From Candidatus Woesearchaeota archaeon (lineage in GTDB: Archaea; Nanobdellota; Nanobdellia; SCGC-AAA011-G17; UBA489), in NCBI GenBank assembly GCA_964343875.1, contig CAYFJW010000002.1, forward strand, positions 6,797 through 70,796: a stretch of 64,000 nt of DNA. Reading direction: 5' to 3'. Positions 37,049-47,487 of this stretch are shown piece by piece (positions within the stretch are counted from its first letter, which is position 1; every line of letters begins with the position of its first letter). The position numbers and the translations under genes are program-made. Below the pieces are notes generated by a model. It searched no databases, was not told the origin of the DNA, and saw nothing but the letters and a program-made list of their open reading frames with translations.

Positions 37049-37654
37049 TTAAAATAAACTAGAAATTTCTTTTCTCAATTCATTTGATTCCAACACATCT
37101 CCCCTATGTAAATTCCTTGTTGAAACAACACTTGTTCTATTTTTCTCAACAATATTATCTCTTCGAAATGGATAGCATATGTTGTCTGCCTCTCTTCTCA
37201 ATCCCAAAAAATCAACTCTTTTTATCTTGCATCCTGCATCACTGGGGGGCTGTGCAAGACCTACCAAAACATTTGTGTATCCTGCCCGTTCGAGCACATC
37301 CAAAATTGGTCCTACCGTCAACCCACTATGCATACACACATCGAACAACATAATTCCAGAACTTTTATTTGATGCTAACCTCCTATATGTCGCATCAAAT
37401 TCATCTACAATCTCATCTACGTTTCTATTATTAGTGTTATATCCCTCTGGATTAGTAAAGTAAATATTTGGAGGGGCAACTCCTGGAAACTTTTTTGCCC
37501 ATGCCCTTTTTAATGCAATATATCCCGGTCTTGCTGAACGGTCAAGAAACATAACATTTTCAATTCCTCTTCCAAAAAGAAAATTAGCCATACTCCTACC
37601 TATGTTTCTAACATCCAATACACTTCTTTGAGTTATAAAATTTTTAGAGGGCAT
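37049..37654 (-). CDS. hypothetical protein, possible phosphoribosyltransferase-like fold
   Basis: IMLFDVCMHSGLTVGPILDV resembles a PRTase type I nucleotide-binding loop; weak. Confidence 0.3.
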   Translation of the reverse strand: MPSKNFITQRSVLDVRNIGRSMANFLFGRGIENVMFLDRSARPGYIALKRAWAKKFPGVAPPNIYFTNPEGYNTNNRNVDEIVDEFDATYRRLASNKSSGIMLFDVCMHSGLTVGPILDVLERAGYTNVLVGLAQPPSDAGCKIKRVDFLGLRREADNICYPFRRDNIVEKNRTSVVSTRNLHRGDVLESNELRKEISSLF

Positions 37655-37995
37655 AGACCAATTTTTGCTGAACCCGTATTTAAAGGTTTTTATTTATTTA
37701 TTACTCTAAAGTGACTATTAATCAACCCCACATACCACACTTACCTTCTTCACCAAGAAACTATATTTATCCTTCTTACAAAACAAACAAGGAGGAGATA
37801 AAATGAACGAGCCGTATAAACTAAAAATGTCTCTTAGCCAGTACATCAGTAAAACACATGATAACTGGTCTATTTTAGAGGACTTCGGGGTATTCTTCTA
37901 GCCACTTCTTCTACCCCTTCCTCTTTTTTTAGCAGATAGGTTTAAATATATACATTATATGCCACCTTCATCAATTTTAGGGAAGTGACAAAAAA

Positions 37996-38355
37996 ATGGA
38001 GAGAACACCAATCCACCATTATGAGGATCTTAGAACAGACGGCCTCGTAGGCCAAGAAACTAGACCACAACAAGTAAACCGCTTCAAACAGACTTCTTTT
38101 ATAGTTCCAGGAGATTCTAGGACTATCTTTAGTTTGAGGGCGCACAACCTAGGCATATTAACACATGCTTTGTCTAAAATTTTAAGAGTGACTGAGAATA
38201 AAGGGCACTTAATAGACCCTAATAATGGCCCAGAAATGATGGATGCAATCGAGACAGGAAGACTAAGCAATGACTATGATGTAGTGGTTTTGGATGCTGA
38301 AAGTCCAGACCTAGTTGCTAAGTTCAGGGAAGCATATCGTCCAAATTCAGTATAG
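37996..38355 (+). CDS. hypothetical protein
   Basis: ORF only. Confidence 0.3.
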   Translation: MERTPIHHYEDLRTDGLVGQETRPQQVNRFKQTSFIVPGDSRTIFSLRAHNLGILTHALSKILRVTENKGHLIDPNNGPEMMDAIETGRLSNDYDVVVLDAESPDLVAKFREAYRPNSV

Positions 38356-38392
38356 GGTTAACCTTAAAAACAAGTCCTTTAGAGAGTTCTCT

Positions 38393-38872
38393 ATGAAAAA
38401 CCTAAAGGAAAACTACTCAAAACTAGCAAGCCAGTTTGGCTTACCTTCATTTGAAGAGCTAGACAAAGACTTCGAATTGCTATACGTAAGAGAACTATTT
38501 GAAATAAGTAGACCTTTAGTTTTCATTAGAAGAAGAATCTGTGATAAGATTGGATGGACTTGTGGAATGCTACAAGGATTGATCCAACCAAATCCAGGAT
38601 CAATGTTAAGTATAGAAGAATCCTCATTCTTTTCAAAAGAAGAAAAACAAGACAACTTCGTTAAACTTCTAAAAGGATTGATGTACTACACTAGAAAATC
38701 AATCTACTTAGACATGGAATCAACAAATGAGGAAGAAGCAGAATTCATTAAGGAAGCATACAATAAGTGGCTTGAAACAAAACCAAAAATAAAGAAAATA
38801 TCTCAACAGCTAAAAGAAGGCTGGAAGAAGGAAAAAGAATCAAATAAAGAAACTAATAGCCACTTAGGATAA
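38393..38872 (+). CDS. hypothetical protein upstream of pilus locus
   Basis: ORF only; start trimmed to MKNLKEN to remove overlap. Confidence 0.3.
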   Translation: MKNLKENYSKLASQFGLPSFEELDKDFELLYVRELFEISRPLVFIRRRICDKIGWTCGMLQGLIQPNPGSMLSIEESSFFSKEEKQDNFVKLLKGLMYYTRKSIYLDMESTNEEEAEFIKEAYNKWLETKPKIKKISQQLKEGWKKEKESNKETNSHLG

Positions 38873-38902
38873 TTTAATAAGTGATTTGTATTCTATAATC
38901 TC

Positions 38903-39514
38903 ATGAAAAAGGGGCAGGTGTACATTCTATCAGTCTTAATCATAGGGTTTTTATTATTTACAATAATAACCCCTGCAAACTTCATTCACCAAAGAGTCAT
39001 AGACGATGATTTTGAAGAACTATCAAAAAACTACCAATTAGAAAGTTCCAAGCTACTAAACGAATTATTAAATAAAGAAGGAACAGATGAAGCTGTAATT
39101 GACAACACCTTCCTTAACTTCACGGTATCTTTCACATCTTACTCCAAAACAAAGAACCCAAACTTCGGTTTAATCTACGCATTCCCTTATAATGAAAAAG
39201 TTTTCATTGGAAATTATGCCGATGTTCCAATTACATTTCAAACAAGAAGCACAACACAAACTTATTTGGATGGTTGTTTTAGCAAAGTGGACACCTCAGT
39301 TTCATTATACGGAATAAGTATTTCAGTCCCAGACATAAATCCCATCCTATACACTAGCTGCATATCAAGAATTAATTATCCGTCCGATGGAATCATCAAC
39401 TTCACAATTGAAGATATCAACTACAACTTCCAACTGCAAGAAAGAAGATCAGATATCATAATAGTCAGCAGAGAAGACCTAAAAGAAGATATTAAGGTGT
39501 TCATAAGCGAATAA
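38903..39514 (+). CDS. prepilin-like protein with class III signal peptide
   Basis: MKKGQ-VYILSVLIIGFLLFTII N-terminus (basic, Gly, then hydrophobic helix). Confidence 0.5.
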   Translation: MKKGQVYILSVLIIGFLLFTIITPANFIHQRVIDDDFEELSKNYQLESSKLLNELLNKEGTDEAVIDNTFLNFTVSFTSYSKTKNPNFGLIYAFPYNEKVFIGNYADVPITFQTRSTTQTYLDGCFSKVDTSVSLYGISISVPDINPILYTSCISRINYPSDGIINFTIEDINYNFQLQERRSDIIIVSREDLKEDIKVFISE

Positions 39515-39543
39515 TTAATAAACAAAAATACAATCAAATTAAA

Positions 39544-39993
39544 GTGCTATTAAACAAAAAAGCAATCACTCCAGCAATAAGCTTTATTCTACTAATTGGA
39601 TTAGCAGTAGCAATGGCCGGCATAGTAACAGTCTGGGTTAAATCCACTGCAGGAACTACTTCTGAAAAGTTAGTAAATAATGTAGACAAGGACATGAGAT
39701 GCACAGACACCTCATTCAATGCATACGAAACAGATGGCTTTACAAAATGTGCAGACGTAACCTTCCATAACCGAGGATTCTTCTCAATTTATGCAATAAA
39801 AGTCAGAACAGATAACAAAGTAGAAGATATTCAATTAACTACACCTTTAGTTCCCCAAGAAATCAGAGCAATAAGCTTAAATATTTCCAACATCCCTTCT
39901 GATAATAAGGTAGGACTTATTCCAATCATAGAAGTCAAGGAAGAGCTCCTCGCATGCATGGCAAAGGAAATATCCATTGAATGCACTCCATAA
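39544..39993 (+). CDS. archaeal type IV pilin-like protein
   Basis: KKAITPAISFILLIGLAVAMAGIV class III signal peptide. Confidence 0.55.
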   Translation: MLLNKKAITPAISFILLIGLAVAMAGIVTVWVKSTAGTTSEKLVNNVDKDMRCTDTSFNAYETDGFTKCADVTFHNRGFFSIYAIKVRTDNKVEDIQLTTPLVPQEIRAISLNISNIPSDNKVGLIPIIEVKEELLACMAKEISIECTP

Positions 39994-40457
39994 AAATGAG
40001 ATCAAAAAAAAGAAAAGGTGTTTCTCCGATTGTAGCAACTACAGTCCTAATTGGATTTACAATAGCAGTAACATCCATTGTTCTCTTATTCGGTGGAGAT
40101 ATTCTTGAAGATGTCCAAAAGAAACAGGGAATTAATTTAGAAAGAACGTTACAATGTGACGCAATGCACTTCAAGGTTACAGGGATGTCAGGAGGAAGAA
40201 TTCAAGTAACAAATGATGGAAATGAAGATATTCATGCATTCCTAATACGTTACATGGGATCAGACGCAGAAAGTATTGATTCACATCATAGAGTAAGTAT
40301 ACCTCAAGGAGGCATAGGGGAGATTATTCTTTCAGGTGGTCCTGGTATAGGAGTCTTAGAAAAAACAAAGATTTATGCTAAGTCTGCAGCAGGTCCAAAA
40401 GGCAATATCATCTGGGGAACCTGTGGAGACACAGAAACAACAGTGACAGTTGCATAA
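39981..40457 (+). CDS. archaeal type IV pilin (DUF361-type N-terminus)
   Basis: RKGVSPIVATTVLIGFTIAV matches the archaeal pilin/archaellin N-terminal consensus. Confidence 0.65.
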   Translation: MHSIKMRSKKRKGVSPIVATTVLIGFTIAVTSIVLLFGGDILEDVQKKQGINLERTLQCDAMHFKVTGMSGGRIQVTNDGNEDIHAFLIRYMGSDAESIDSHHRVSIPQGGIGEIILSGGPGIGVLEKTKIYAKSAAGPKGNIIWGTCGDTETTVTVA

Positions 40458-40496
40458 TAGTTAAGTTTAATAATAGAAAAGAGTGAATAAAAGAAG

Positions 40497-40985
40497 ATGA
40501 GAAGGAACAAAAAGGGGATTTCACCATTAATCGCAACAGTTCTATTAATTGGTTTTGCAGTTGCCCTAGCAGCAGTTGTTATGACTTGGGGCCTAGATTT
40601 TATTAAAAACACGGCAGATGCTACCGAAAGCCAAACAGAAAACACATTAATTTGTGCTTCAGATCTTTCTTTTGTAATTTCAGACGTAAATCCTTCAGCA
40701 GGCAGCGTAACTGTTGATAACCGTGGGCAAGTTGATATTAAATCCGTAATCTTTAGAATATATGGGGCTTCAGGGGTTGACACTATTGATTCGGCCAACG
40801 GAGAATTAAATCCGATGTCAATACCTAAATTCGGTGTAAAGAAATTTGTAGATGGCAATGGAACAGCATTATTTGACTTCCTACAAACGGCAACAAAGGT
40901 TGAAGCAGTTGCAACAGTCGGTGGAGATGCAGGCGAAGAAGACATAGTCTGCCCACAAAACATCCAAGAGTATAACATTCAATAA
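40497..40985 (+). CDS. archaeal type IV pilin (DUF361-type N-terminus)
   Basis: KKGISPLIATVLLIGFAVALAAVV. Confidence 0.65.
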   Translation: MRRNKKGISPLIATVLLIGFAVALAAVVMTWGLDFIKNTADATESQTENTLICASDLSFVISDVNPSAGSVTVDNRGQVDIKSVIFRIYGASGVDTIDSANGELNPMSIPKFGVKKFVDGNGTALFDFLQTATKVEAVATVGGDAGEEDIVCPQNIQEYNIQ

Positions 40986-41000
40986 TTTTCTTAAATATTC

Positions 41001-41537
41001 ATGACTTCAAAAAAGAGGAAAGGCCAGATTTGGATCTCTGCAGTTTTATTTATCTCACTAGGAGTAATTGTTATTTCATTAATCTTGGCAGCAGCAATTC
41101 CAATGGTCAACAGAATCTCAGACAAAAACACAGTAGTAAGAACAAAGGAAATATTGCTAAAAATGGATGATGCAATAAAAACCGTAGTTAACGAAGGTCC
41201 GGGTTCTCAAAGACAGCTAGATCCATTAATCATAGACCGTGGAGAACTACACATTACCAATAACACTTACAAAATCCTCTGGCAGATGGAAACAGAATCA
41301 GACCTAATGGAACCCAATATTGAAATCGTTGAAGGGAACATAAAACAAAGACTAAATACTACGATAGTAGAAGAAATATACGAAATTAATCTCTGGGTTG
41401 AATCAGAGAGAATCAATATCACCCTAAACACTCCTTTCACAAGCCCTTTCAAAGGAGAGTATATCATCACAGTAAAGCACACAGGAGACTTCACAGCAAC
41501 AGACGATAATCCAATCATAGAGCTTAAGGTTACATAA
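41001..41537 (+). CDS. prepilin-like protein
   Basis: KRKGQ-IWISAVLFISLGVIVISL class III signal peptide. Confidence 0.5.
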   Translation: MTSKKRKGQIWISAVLFISLGVIVISLILAAAIPMVNRISDKNTVVRTKEILLKMDDAIKTVVNEGPGSQRQLDPLIIDRGELHITNNTYKILWQMETESDLMEPNIEIVEGNIKQRLNTTIVEEIYEINLWVESERINITLNTPFTSPFKGEYIITVKHTGDFTATDDNPIIELKVT

Positions 41538-41617
41538 TTCAACACATTCTTCAATAAGAAACTATTAAAAATCCTAAACTTCTCATATCTATACTCGTAA
41601 TAGAGAGGGGTGTAAGT

Positions 41618-43204
41618 GTGAGTTTATTGAATAAAGAAGGTCCTTCTATTCCTGCTCCGGCTCCAGAAGTAGAGTTCAGGATAGAGAAGGCAAAAGACAT
41701 TCCAGTCCTACCTGATTTCTCAAACAAAAGAGAGATCGATGTAAAGTATCCTCTATTAAGTCCCTACTCTTATGTACATATTCACTGGGATGAAAATGAA
41801 AAAGAAGTTATGTACAAGATAATGGAACCTCCATTAAGCGAAGATGAAAAAAGAATTCTAGCGTCATTAGAAAAGGGAATTGAGGAATTAATCAATATAA
41901 GCTTCATTAATATTAAAGAAGAATCAGCAGTAATCTCCTACTTAGAAAAGAATGCAAAAGTTCTACTTTCAGAGTTAGGAATTAAACTTCCAAGGGATGT
42001 TTTCATGAAGTTAATGTATTACATCTACAGAGACTTTGTTGGACTAAACAAAATAGAATCCATGATGCACGATTACTACATCGAAGATATAGAGTGCAAT
42101 GGTTCAAACACCCCTTTATACATCGTGCACAGAAAATACAGAAACCTAAAGACAAATATATCTTTCCAATCAAATGATATTCTTACTAGCTTTGTAGAAA
42201 AACTAGCTCAAAAGTGTGGCAAATATATTTCATATGCAACACCAATACTAGATGGAAGACTCCCGGATAAAAGCAGAGTTAATGCAACATATACGCAAGA
42301 TATCTCTTCAAGGGGCCCAACATTCACAATACGTAAGTTCACAGCAGAACCATGGAGCCCAATCAAACTAATAGATGTAAAAACTGCAAGCCCCGAACTA
42401 TTAGCATACTTATGGATGTTAATAGAATACGAATCAAATATTGTAATAATTGGAGGTACAGGTTCGGGTAAAACCTCATTCCTAAACAGCATAGCATTCT
42501 TCATGCCACCTCAATCAAGAATTGTATCAATAGAGGACACACATGAACTTAATCTACTCCACTCCAACTGGCTACCTTCCGTATCACGTGAAGCAACAGG
42601 TGTAGGTGGTGAAAGTAAACTAGGAGAAGTATCTTTATTCACACTACTGAAGGCAAGTTTCAGACAGCGTCCAGACTACGTTATTGTTGGAGAAATTAGA
42701 GGCCAAGAAGCATTTATCCTATTTCAGGGAGCAGCGTCAGGACACCCCACAATGTGCACAATGCACGCAGAAGATGTTGAAACAATGATAAGAAGACTTG
42801 AAACACCACCAATTAGTCTACCTCCAGCATTAGTTGAAACCCTCGATGCAGTATGTGTAATGACTCAAACAAGAATAAGGGGCCAAGAAGTAAGGAGGCT
42901 AAGAAACATTACAGAAATCATGAAAGTTGGAACAAAGATTGGATCCTTAGATAAGAACACACCATTCATATGGGACCCACAAACAGATAAGTTCCTATTC
43001 AAGAAAGAAAGCTTTATTTTTAACAAACTAAAGAAAGAATACGGCATGAAAGAAGAACAAATAAAAAAAGAATTTGAAAGAAGAACATTACTTCTCTGGG
43101 AGATGTACAAAAGAAAGATCTTTGGATACCAAGAAGTCCACCAAATAATAAGTGCTTATTACAAAACCCCTGAAGAAGTTCTAAGAAGATTCAACATTAA
43201 ATAA
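41618..43204 (+). CDS. type IV pilus/archaellum assembly ATPase (PilB/GspE/FlaI-VirB11 family)
   Basis: Walker A IIGGTGSGKTSFLN, Walker B/Asp box, His box; GTG start with upstream gagagggg RBS. Confidence 0.85.
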   Translation: MSLLNKEGPSIPAPAPEVEFRIEKAKDIPVLPDFSNKREIDVKYPLLSPYSYVHIHWDENEKEVMYKIMEPPLSEDEKRILASLEKGIEELINISFINIKEESAVISYLEKNAKVLLSELGIKLPRDVFMKLMYYIYRDFVGLNKIESMMHDYYIEDIECNGSNTPLYIVHRKYRNLKTNISFQSNDILTSFVEKLAQKCGKYISYATPILDGRLPDKSRVNATYTQDISSRGPTFTIRKFTAEPWSPIKLIDVKTASPELLAYLWMLIEYESNIVIIGGTGSGKTSFLNSIAFFMPPQSRIVSIEDTHELNLLHSNWLPSVSREATGVGGESKLGEVSLFTLLKASFRQRPDYVIVGEIRGQEAFILFQGAASGHPTMCTMHAEDVETMIRRLETPPISLPPALVETLDAVCVMTQTRIRGQEVRRLRNITEIMKVGTKIGSLDKNTPFIWDPQTDKFLFKKESFIFNKLKKEYGMKEEQIKKEFERRTLLLWEMYKRKIFGYQEVHQIISAYYKTPEEVLRRFNIK

Positions 43205-43209
43205 TCAAG

Positions 43210-43392
43210 ATGCACATAAGTTCAATAAAACAAAATGCTCAAAGTATAATTGACGCATATGAAACTTACTCAAAAACAGCTCTAGCTCCAAACAAAGACA
43301 CTAAAAAACTAGCAAGGTTAAAAAAATACATTCTAAACCTAGCTGAAGATATCTCTAAAAAAGCAAAGGAGATGAGATTTGATGTCCATTAA
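43210..43392 (+). CDS. small hypothetical protein between ATPase and platform genes
   Basis: 60-aa ORF; weak. Confidence 0.25.
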   Translation: MHISSIKQNAQSIIDAYETYSKTALAPNKDTKKLARLKKYILNLAEDISKKAKEMRFDVH

Positions 43393-44653
43393 TGACAGTG
43401 CTAAAGAGATCATTACTTTGGTCTCCAGATTCGAAAATGAGTCTAACCCTGCTAAAAAGGCCAAAATCCTAGAGAGTATAGGGGATGTAAGTAACAAAAT
43501 AAAAGAAGAAATCTCCTCCGACAAATCACCAACATACTACGAAAATGTTATGCAAAACATTCCCCCTTCAAAAAAAGTAGATCTAACTAAAAAAACTGTA
43601 AAAAAAGCACCAAAAAAACAAGTTAAAAGAAAGAAACAAAAAGTCCTTACAGCAAATAAAAGGAAGGAACTTCTAAGAGATATCAACGTTGAGGAGGACG
43701 ATCTAAAAAGAGTTTACAAAACAAAGAAGAAAAAACATCAAGAAAACTATGATTTTACAGTTTACGTACCAAACACATACGGAACCTTATCGAACAAATT
43801 CTTTGGAGAACTTACAGATAGGCTACTCAAGAAAAAAAGTCCATTAGTAAAACATCTATCGGACTCAGTTAGAATTTCTGGCATGAACATCCTATCAAAA
43901 ACATATGTAAGCACGGCATTCTTCTCAACATTCTTCGGAGCAATAATCCTTGCCGTTCTTGCAGTGCTACTAACGGCTGCAGCAGGTTTACAAATTCCAA
44001 TTGTTATTCTTTCAGGATTATTCACATTACTAGCAGGAGCAGCATTAATCTTCGGGATTATGTATGCATATCCTGCATCAGAAGCTGCAAAGAAATCCAA
44101 AGCAATAAACAACGACCTACCATTCGCAATCATCCACATGGCCGCAGTCGCAGGTTCAGGTGCACAACCAATTGCAATCTTCAAATTACTACTAAAATCC
44201 GAGGAGTACAAGGGCTTAGAGAGCGAAATAAAGAAAATTGTAAACTTCGTTAATTTATTTGGTTATGACTTATCAACCGCATTAAAGAACGTATCACTTA
44301 GAACACCTTCAAAGAGATTAAAGGAATTATTAACGGGAATCGCAGCCACAATTGAATCTGGGGGAAGTTTGAAATCTTACTTAGGTAGTGTTGCAGATGA
44401 TTCAATGAACACTTACAGGTTAGAAAGAAAAAAATACGTAGAATCTTTATCAACATACTCAGATATCTACACAGGAGTCCTAATTGCAGCACCACTATTA
44501 CTAATGGTTACACTAGCAATAATAAACATGATGGGGGGAAAGATTGCAGGATTATCAGTTGCATCAATTGCATGGTTTGGAACGTTAGCAGCCTTACCGG
44601 TAATTAACATATTATTTTACTTATTCCTAAATATAACACAACCCGAAGATTAG
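43379..44653 (+). CDS. TadC/FlaJ-like pilus platform membrane protein (one T2SSF domain)
   Basis: Cytoplasmic N-domain then TM helices and a T2SSF-like segment (ESGGSLKSYLGSVADD). Confidence 0.7.
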   Translation: MMSINDSAKEIITLVSRFENESNPAKKAKILESIGDVSNKIKEEISSDKSPTYYENVMQNIPPSKKVDLTKKTVKKAPKKQVKRKKQKVLTANKRKELLRDINVEEDDLKRVYKTKKKKHQENYDFTVYVPNTYGTLSNKFFGELTDRLLKKKSPLVKHLSDSVRISGMNILSKTYVSTAFFSTFFGAIILAVLAVLLTAAAGLQIPIVILSGLFTLLAGAALIFGIMYAYPASEAAKKSKAINNDLPFAIIHMAAVAGSGAQPIAIFKLLLKSEEYKGLESEIKKIVNFVNLFGYDLSTALKNVSLRTPSKRLKELLTGIAATIESGGSLKSYLGSVADDSMNTYRLERKKYVESLSTYSDIYTGVLIAAPLLLMVTLAIINMMGGKIAGLSVASIAWFGTLAALPVINILFYLFLNITQPED

Positions 44654-44654
44654 A

Positions 44655-45503
44655 ATGGCAAGGATAAAATTCAAGACAGCGTATCTTTTAAGCATAATGC
44701 TAGGAATAGTCATCATCGCATTAGATGTTGTCTTCTTGTTAAAGACAAGACTATTCTTCCCAGTATTAATTGTTACACTACTATTTGCAAGCTTACATTT
44801 CTGGATAGACTTCTTCTCAGAACAAAAAAGACAAAAAATAATAGAATTTATGTTCTTAAACTTCACAAGAAGCTTGGTAGAGTCAGTTAAGTCAGGAGTA
44901 TCAATACCAAGATCAATCCAAAATGTCTCTAAAAAGAACTACGGACCTCTAACGCCCTATATTCAAAAACTTGCACACCAAATAGAATGGGGAATCCCAA
45001 CCAAAAAAGCACTTCAAACATTCTCAGAAGACACAGGAAACAAAGTGATTAAGAGATCAATTTCACTAATGATTGAGGCAGAACAGTCAGGAGGGGACAT
45101 AACAGACATTCTTTCTTCAGTTGTGGGGTCAGTTGTTAACATAAAGAAAATGAAAGAAGAAAGAAAGGCAATGGTCCACTCACAAGTTGTCCAAGGTTAC
45201 ATAATTTACTTTGTATTTATTGGAATAATGCTCGCCTTAGATCTATGGTTATTCCCTCAACTAGGTAAAACTTCTGCAGCATCAGCTGGAAGTATTGGAG
45301 GCTTGGGTGGAATCTCCCTTGGTGGTGCAGGTTCATTTGACTTGGGGCCAGTATTCTTTACACTAATAATAATTCAAGGGTTCTTTGCAGGAATAATGAT
45401 CGGTAAGTTCTCAGAGGGAACATTAAAAACAGGTTTATTACATTCATTAATCATGATGGTTTCTGCAGCGTTAATCATAACAACATTAAAGGGTGGAATC
45501 TAA
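44655..45503 (+). CDS. TadC/FlaJ-like pilus platform membrane protein (second paralog)
   Basis: T2SSF-like segment (EAEQSGGDITDILSSVVGSV) flanked by TM helices; 2 nt after the previous gene stop. Confidence 0.7.
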   Translation: MARIKFKTAYLLSIMLGIVIIALDVVFLLKTRLFFPVLIVTLLFASLHFWIDFFSEQKRQKIIEFMFLNFTRSLVESVKSGVSIPRSIQNVSKKNYGPLTPYIQKLAHQIEWGIPTKKALQTFSEDTGNKVIKRSISLMIEAEQSGGDITDILSSVVGSVVNIKKMKEERKAMVHSQVVQGYIIYFVFIGIMLALDLWLFPQLGKTSAASAGSIGGLGGISLGGAGSFDLGPVFFTLIIIQGFFAGIMIGKFSEGTLKTGLLHSLIMMVSAALIITTLKGGI

Positions 45504-46291
45504 TGAATAAAAAAGGTCTAGCGTATGTTGATTGGATAATTAGCCTAAGTTTGTTCATTGTTACAGTTTTAATGATATTTGCATTCCTCCGTCCAGGAGT
45601 TGAACCAACTTTTGAGTCAAAAGATTTAATCAACATTGTTGAAAAAAACTTCTTAGAAGAAAACTCTTGGGAAATGGTCAGCATTCCTGTAGCCATCCAA
45701 AACATAGAGAACAACTCCTATTCTGTTATTCTAGAGCACACAGGGCTCAGCGAATGGAACTTCATAGGTTACACCTCAGCACAAGACTTAGATAATTTAC
45801 ACCTCATCGCAACAAATACATCATCAGAAATATCAATAACGTGTAAGGTAGGTTACTACAACTGTAAAACAGAAATAAGTTCTGGTGGCCAATCTACTCC
45901 CGGAATCTACGCAATATCAATTGAAAAAGAATGGGTTGGACCAAATAAAGTTTTTGAAATGGAAGATCGATGTTCCCTACAAGGTCCGCCAGATTCATGT
46001 GTCTATGTACTAGGATCAAAAGAAATATTTAAAGGTTTAAGTGAAAAAAGAATATACAATCTTGTAACTGGATCAGCAAAATACTCTGACAAGAAGGAAG
46101 ATTGGAACTTCCCAGATTCAAGAGATTTCTCAATTTATTTAGATTACATGAATGGAACCTTAATTAAAGCAACATCTCCTGAGTTTGAACCATCTGACCA
46201 AACAAACGTCTTTGTAAAAGTAATCTCTATGTCAATCCTAAAATCAAACGGAGAGAGAATCCCCGCAAGGGTTAATATCAGAGTATGGTAA
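45503..46291 (+). CDS. prepilin-like protein
   Basis: MNKKGL-AYVDWIISLSLFIVTVLMIFA class III signal peptide. Confidence 0.5.
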   Translation: MNKKGLAYVDWIISLSLFIVTVLMIFAFLRPGVEPTFESKDLINIVEKNFLEENSWEMVSIPVAIQNIENNSYSVILEHTGLSEWNFIGYTSAQDLDNLHLIATNTSSEISITCKVGYYNCKTEISSGGQSTPGIYAISIEKEWVGPNKVFEMEDRCSLQGPPDSCVYVLGSKEIFKGLSEKRIYNLVTGSAKYSDKKEDWNFPDSRDFSIYLDYMNGTLIKATSPEFEPSDQTNVFVKVISMSILKSNGERIPARVNIRVW

Positions 46292-46737
46292 ATAAAAAAG
46301 GATTCATAAGGACATTGGAAGCAGTTCTGGCAATCATTTTATTATTAACAATAATTTACATGACAACACCAAATCAAGAAATAGATATTTCTAAGCCAAA
46401 TCCAATAAAACAAGCACACTCAGCTATCTTTTCAGAAATTTCAACGAACCAAGACTATAGAAACTGCCTACTCAATGAAATAGCAAACCATGGAGCCCTG
46501 AACAACGCAAAAGGCCAATATACAGGGTCTATAATCCCTCACAACTGCATACAAGAAATAAACAACTTTATAATCGCCCACACGCCACATGGATATGTTT
46601 ACTTAGCAGAAGCATGTGCACAATCAAAATCCTGCCTTGATCGAAACCTTCCAGCAGAAAAATCAATATTCTCAGAAAGCATTATGTTAGCATCAGATAA
46701 TCCAAAAGTATTCAGAGTTTACTTTTGGGAAGAATAG
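46285..46737 (+). CDS. prepilin-like protein
   Basis: KKGF-IRTLEAVLAIILLLTIIY, reminiscent of type IV pilin G-F...E N-termini. Confidence 0.5.
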   Translation: MVNKKGFIRTLEAVLAIILLLTIIYMTTPNQEIDISKPNPIKQAHSAIFSEISTNQDYRNCLLNEIANHGALNNAKGQYTGSIIPHNCIQEINNFIIAHTPHGYVYLAEACAQSKSCLDRNLPAEKSIFSESIMLASDNPKVFRVYFWEE

Positions 46738-47456
46738 TCTTTAACAACAGTTCTTATTGCTTTCACAAGAGAATTCCTAATATCTTCTTTAGCAGAAACC
46801 TTATCATTTATTTCAATAACGATTGCATAATCATTAAACTTAGTTACTTGTGCATCATGTGTAACTCGTATTACATCTCCCCTAAGAGTGTATGGATGAT
46901 TATAAGTTACATCATGTCCTTTTTCTTCAAGAACATTCCCTATTCCTTTAGCTAGTTTCTCACCTTTCTTATAAATAATCGCATAATCCATCTCTCTTTT
47001 TTCATCTTCAAAACAATTTTCCATGGTATGAATTGAAATGTACAAACACAAACCAAACTTTTTATGGCAGTCCTCTAACAAATCATGCAACTTGTTTCTA
47101 TAAGTTAGATAGTACTCCTCTACTCTTGCTCCTTTTTCTTCATCAGTTAACCCCTGATTACCCTTTAATGAAAAGCCATTACAATGTTCTCGAATTAATT
47201 CATCTTGATCAATATCCCTATTAACATCAATAACCAAGCGAGAAACCTTAGCTTTTATTCCAGTACAACCGAGCTTTTTAACAAGGTATTTAAAGACTTC
47301 ATCAGCCCCCTTATCGCATAAGAAGCTACAATTATTCAACTCTTCAACAGAAATCCCCAAATTATTTAGTTCTTCAGGAATGTGTTTAGAAGCATGCTCG
47401 CACGACAAAACAACAGGTATCTCCGCTCTTCCATTAAATACTTCAAAATTATCCAT
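46719..47456 (-). CDS. N-formylglutamate amidohydrolase family protein
   Basis: PVVLSCEHASKHIP motif of the FGase family (PF05013). Confidence 0.55.
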   Translation of the reverse strand: MDNFEVFNGRAEIPVVLSCEHASKHIPEELNNLGISVEELNNCSFLCDKGADEVFKYLVKKLGCTGIKAKVSRLVIDVNRDIDQDELIREHCNGFSLKGNQGLTDEEKGARVEEYYLTYRNKLHDLLEDCHKKFGLCLYISIHTMENCFEDEKREMDYAIIYKKGEKLAKGIGNVLEEKGHDVTYNHPYTLRGDVIRVTHDAQVTKFNDYAIVIEINDKVSAKEDIRNSLVKAIRTVVKDYSSQK

Positions 47457-47487
47457 AAACCTACCTCTACAAAAACACTTTATAAGA

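Noticed and set aside
43379-45503. Frameshifted single FlaJ gene
   Set aside because: The two T2SSF-domain ORFs are in different frames but each has its own start and N-terminal TM segment. Paired TadB/TadC-like (EpdJ/EpdK-like) genes are a known arrangement, so they are treated as two genes.
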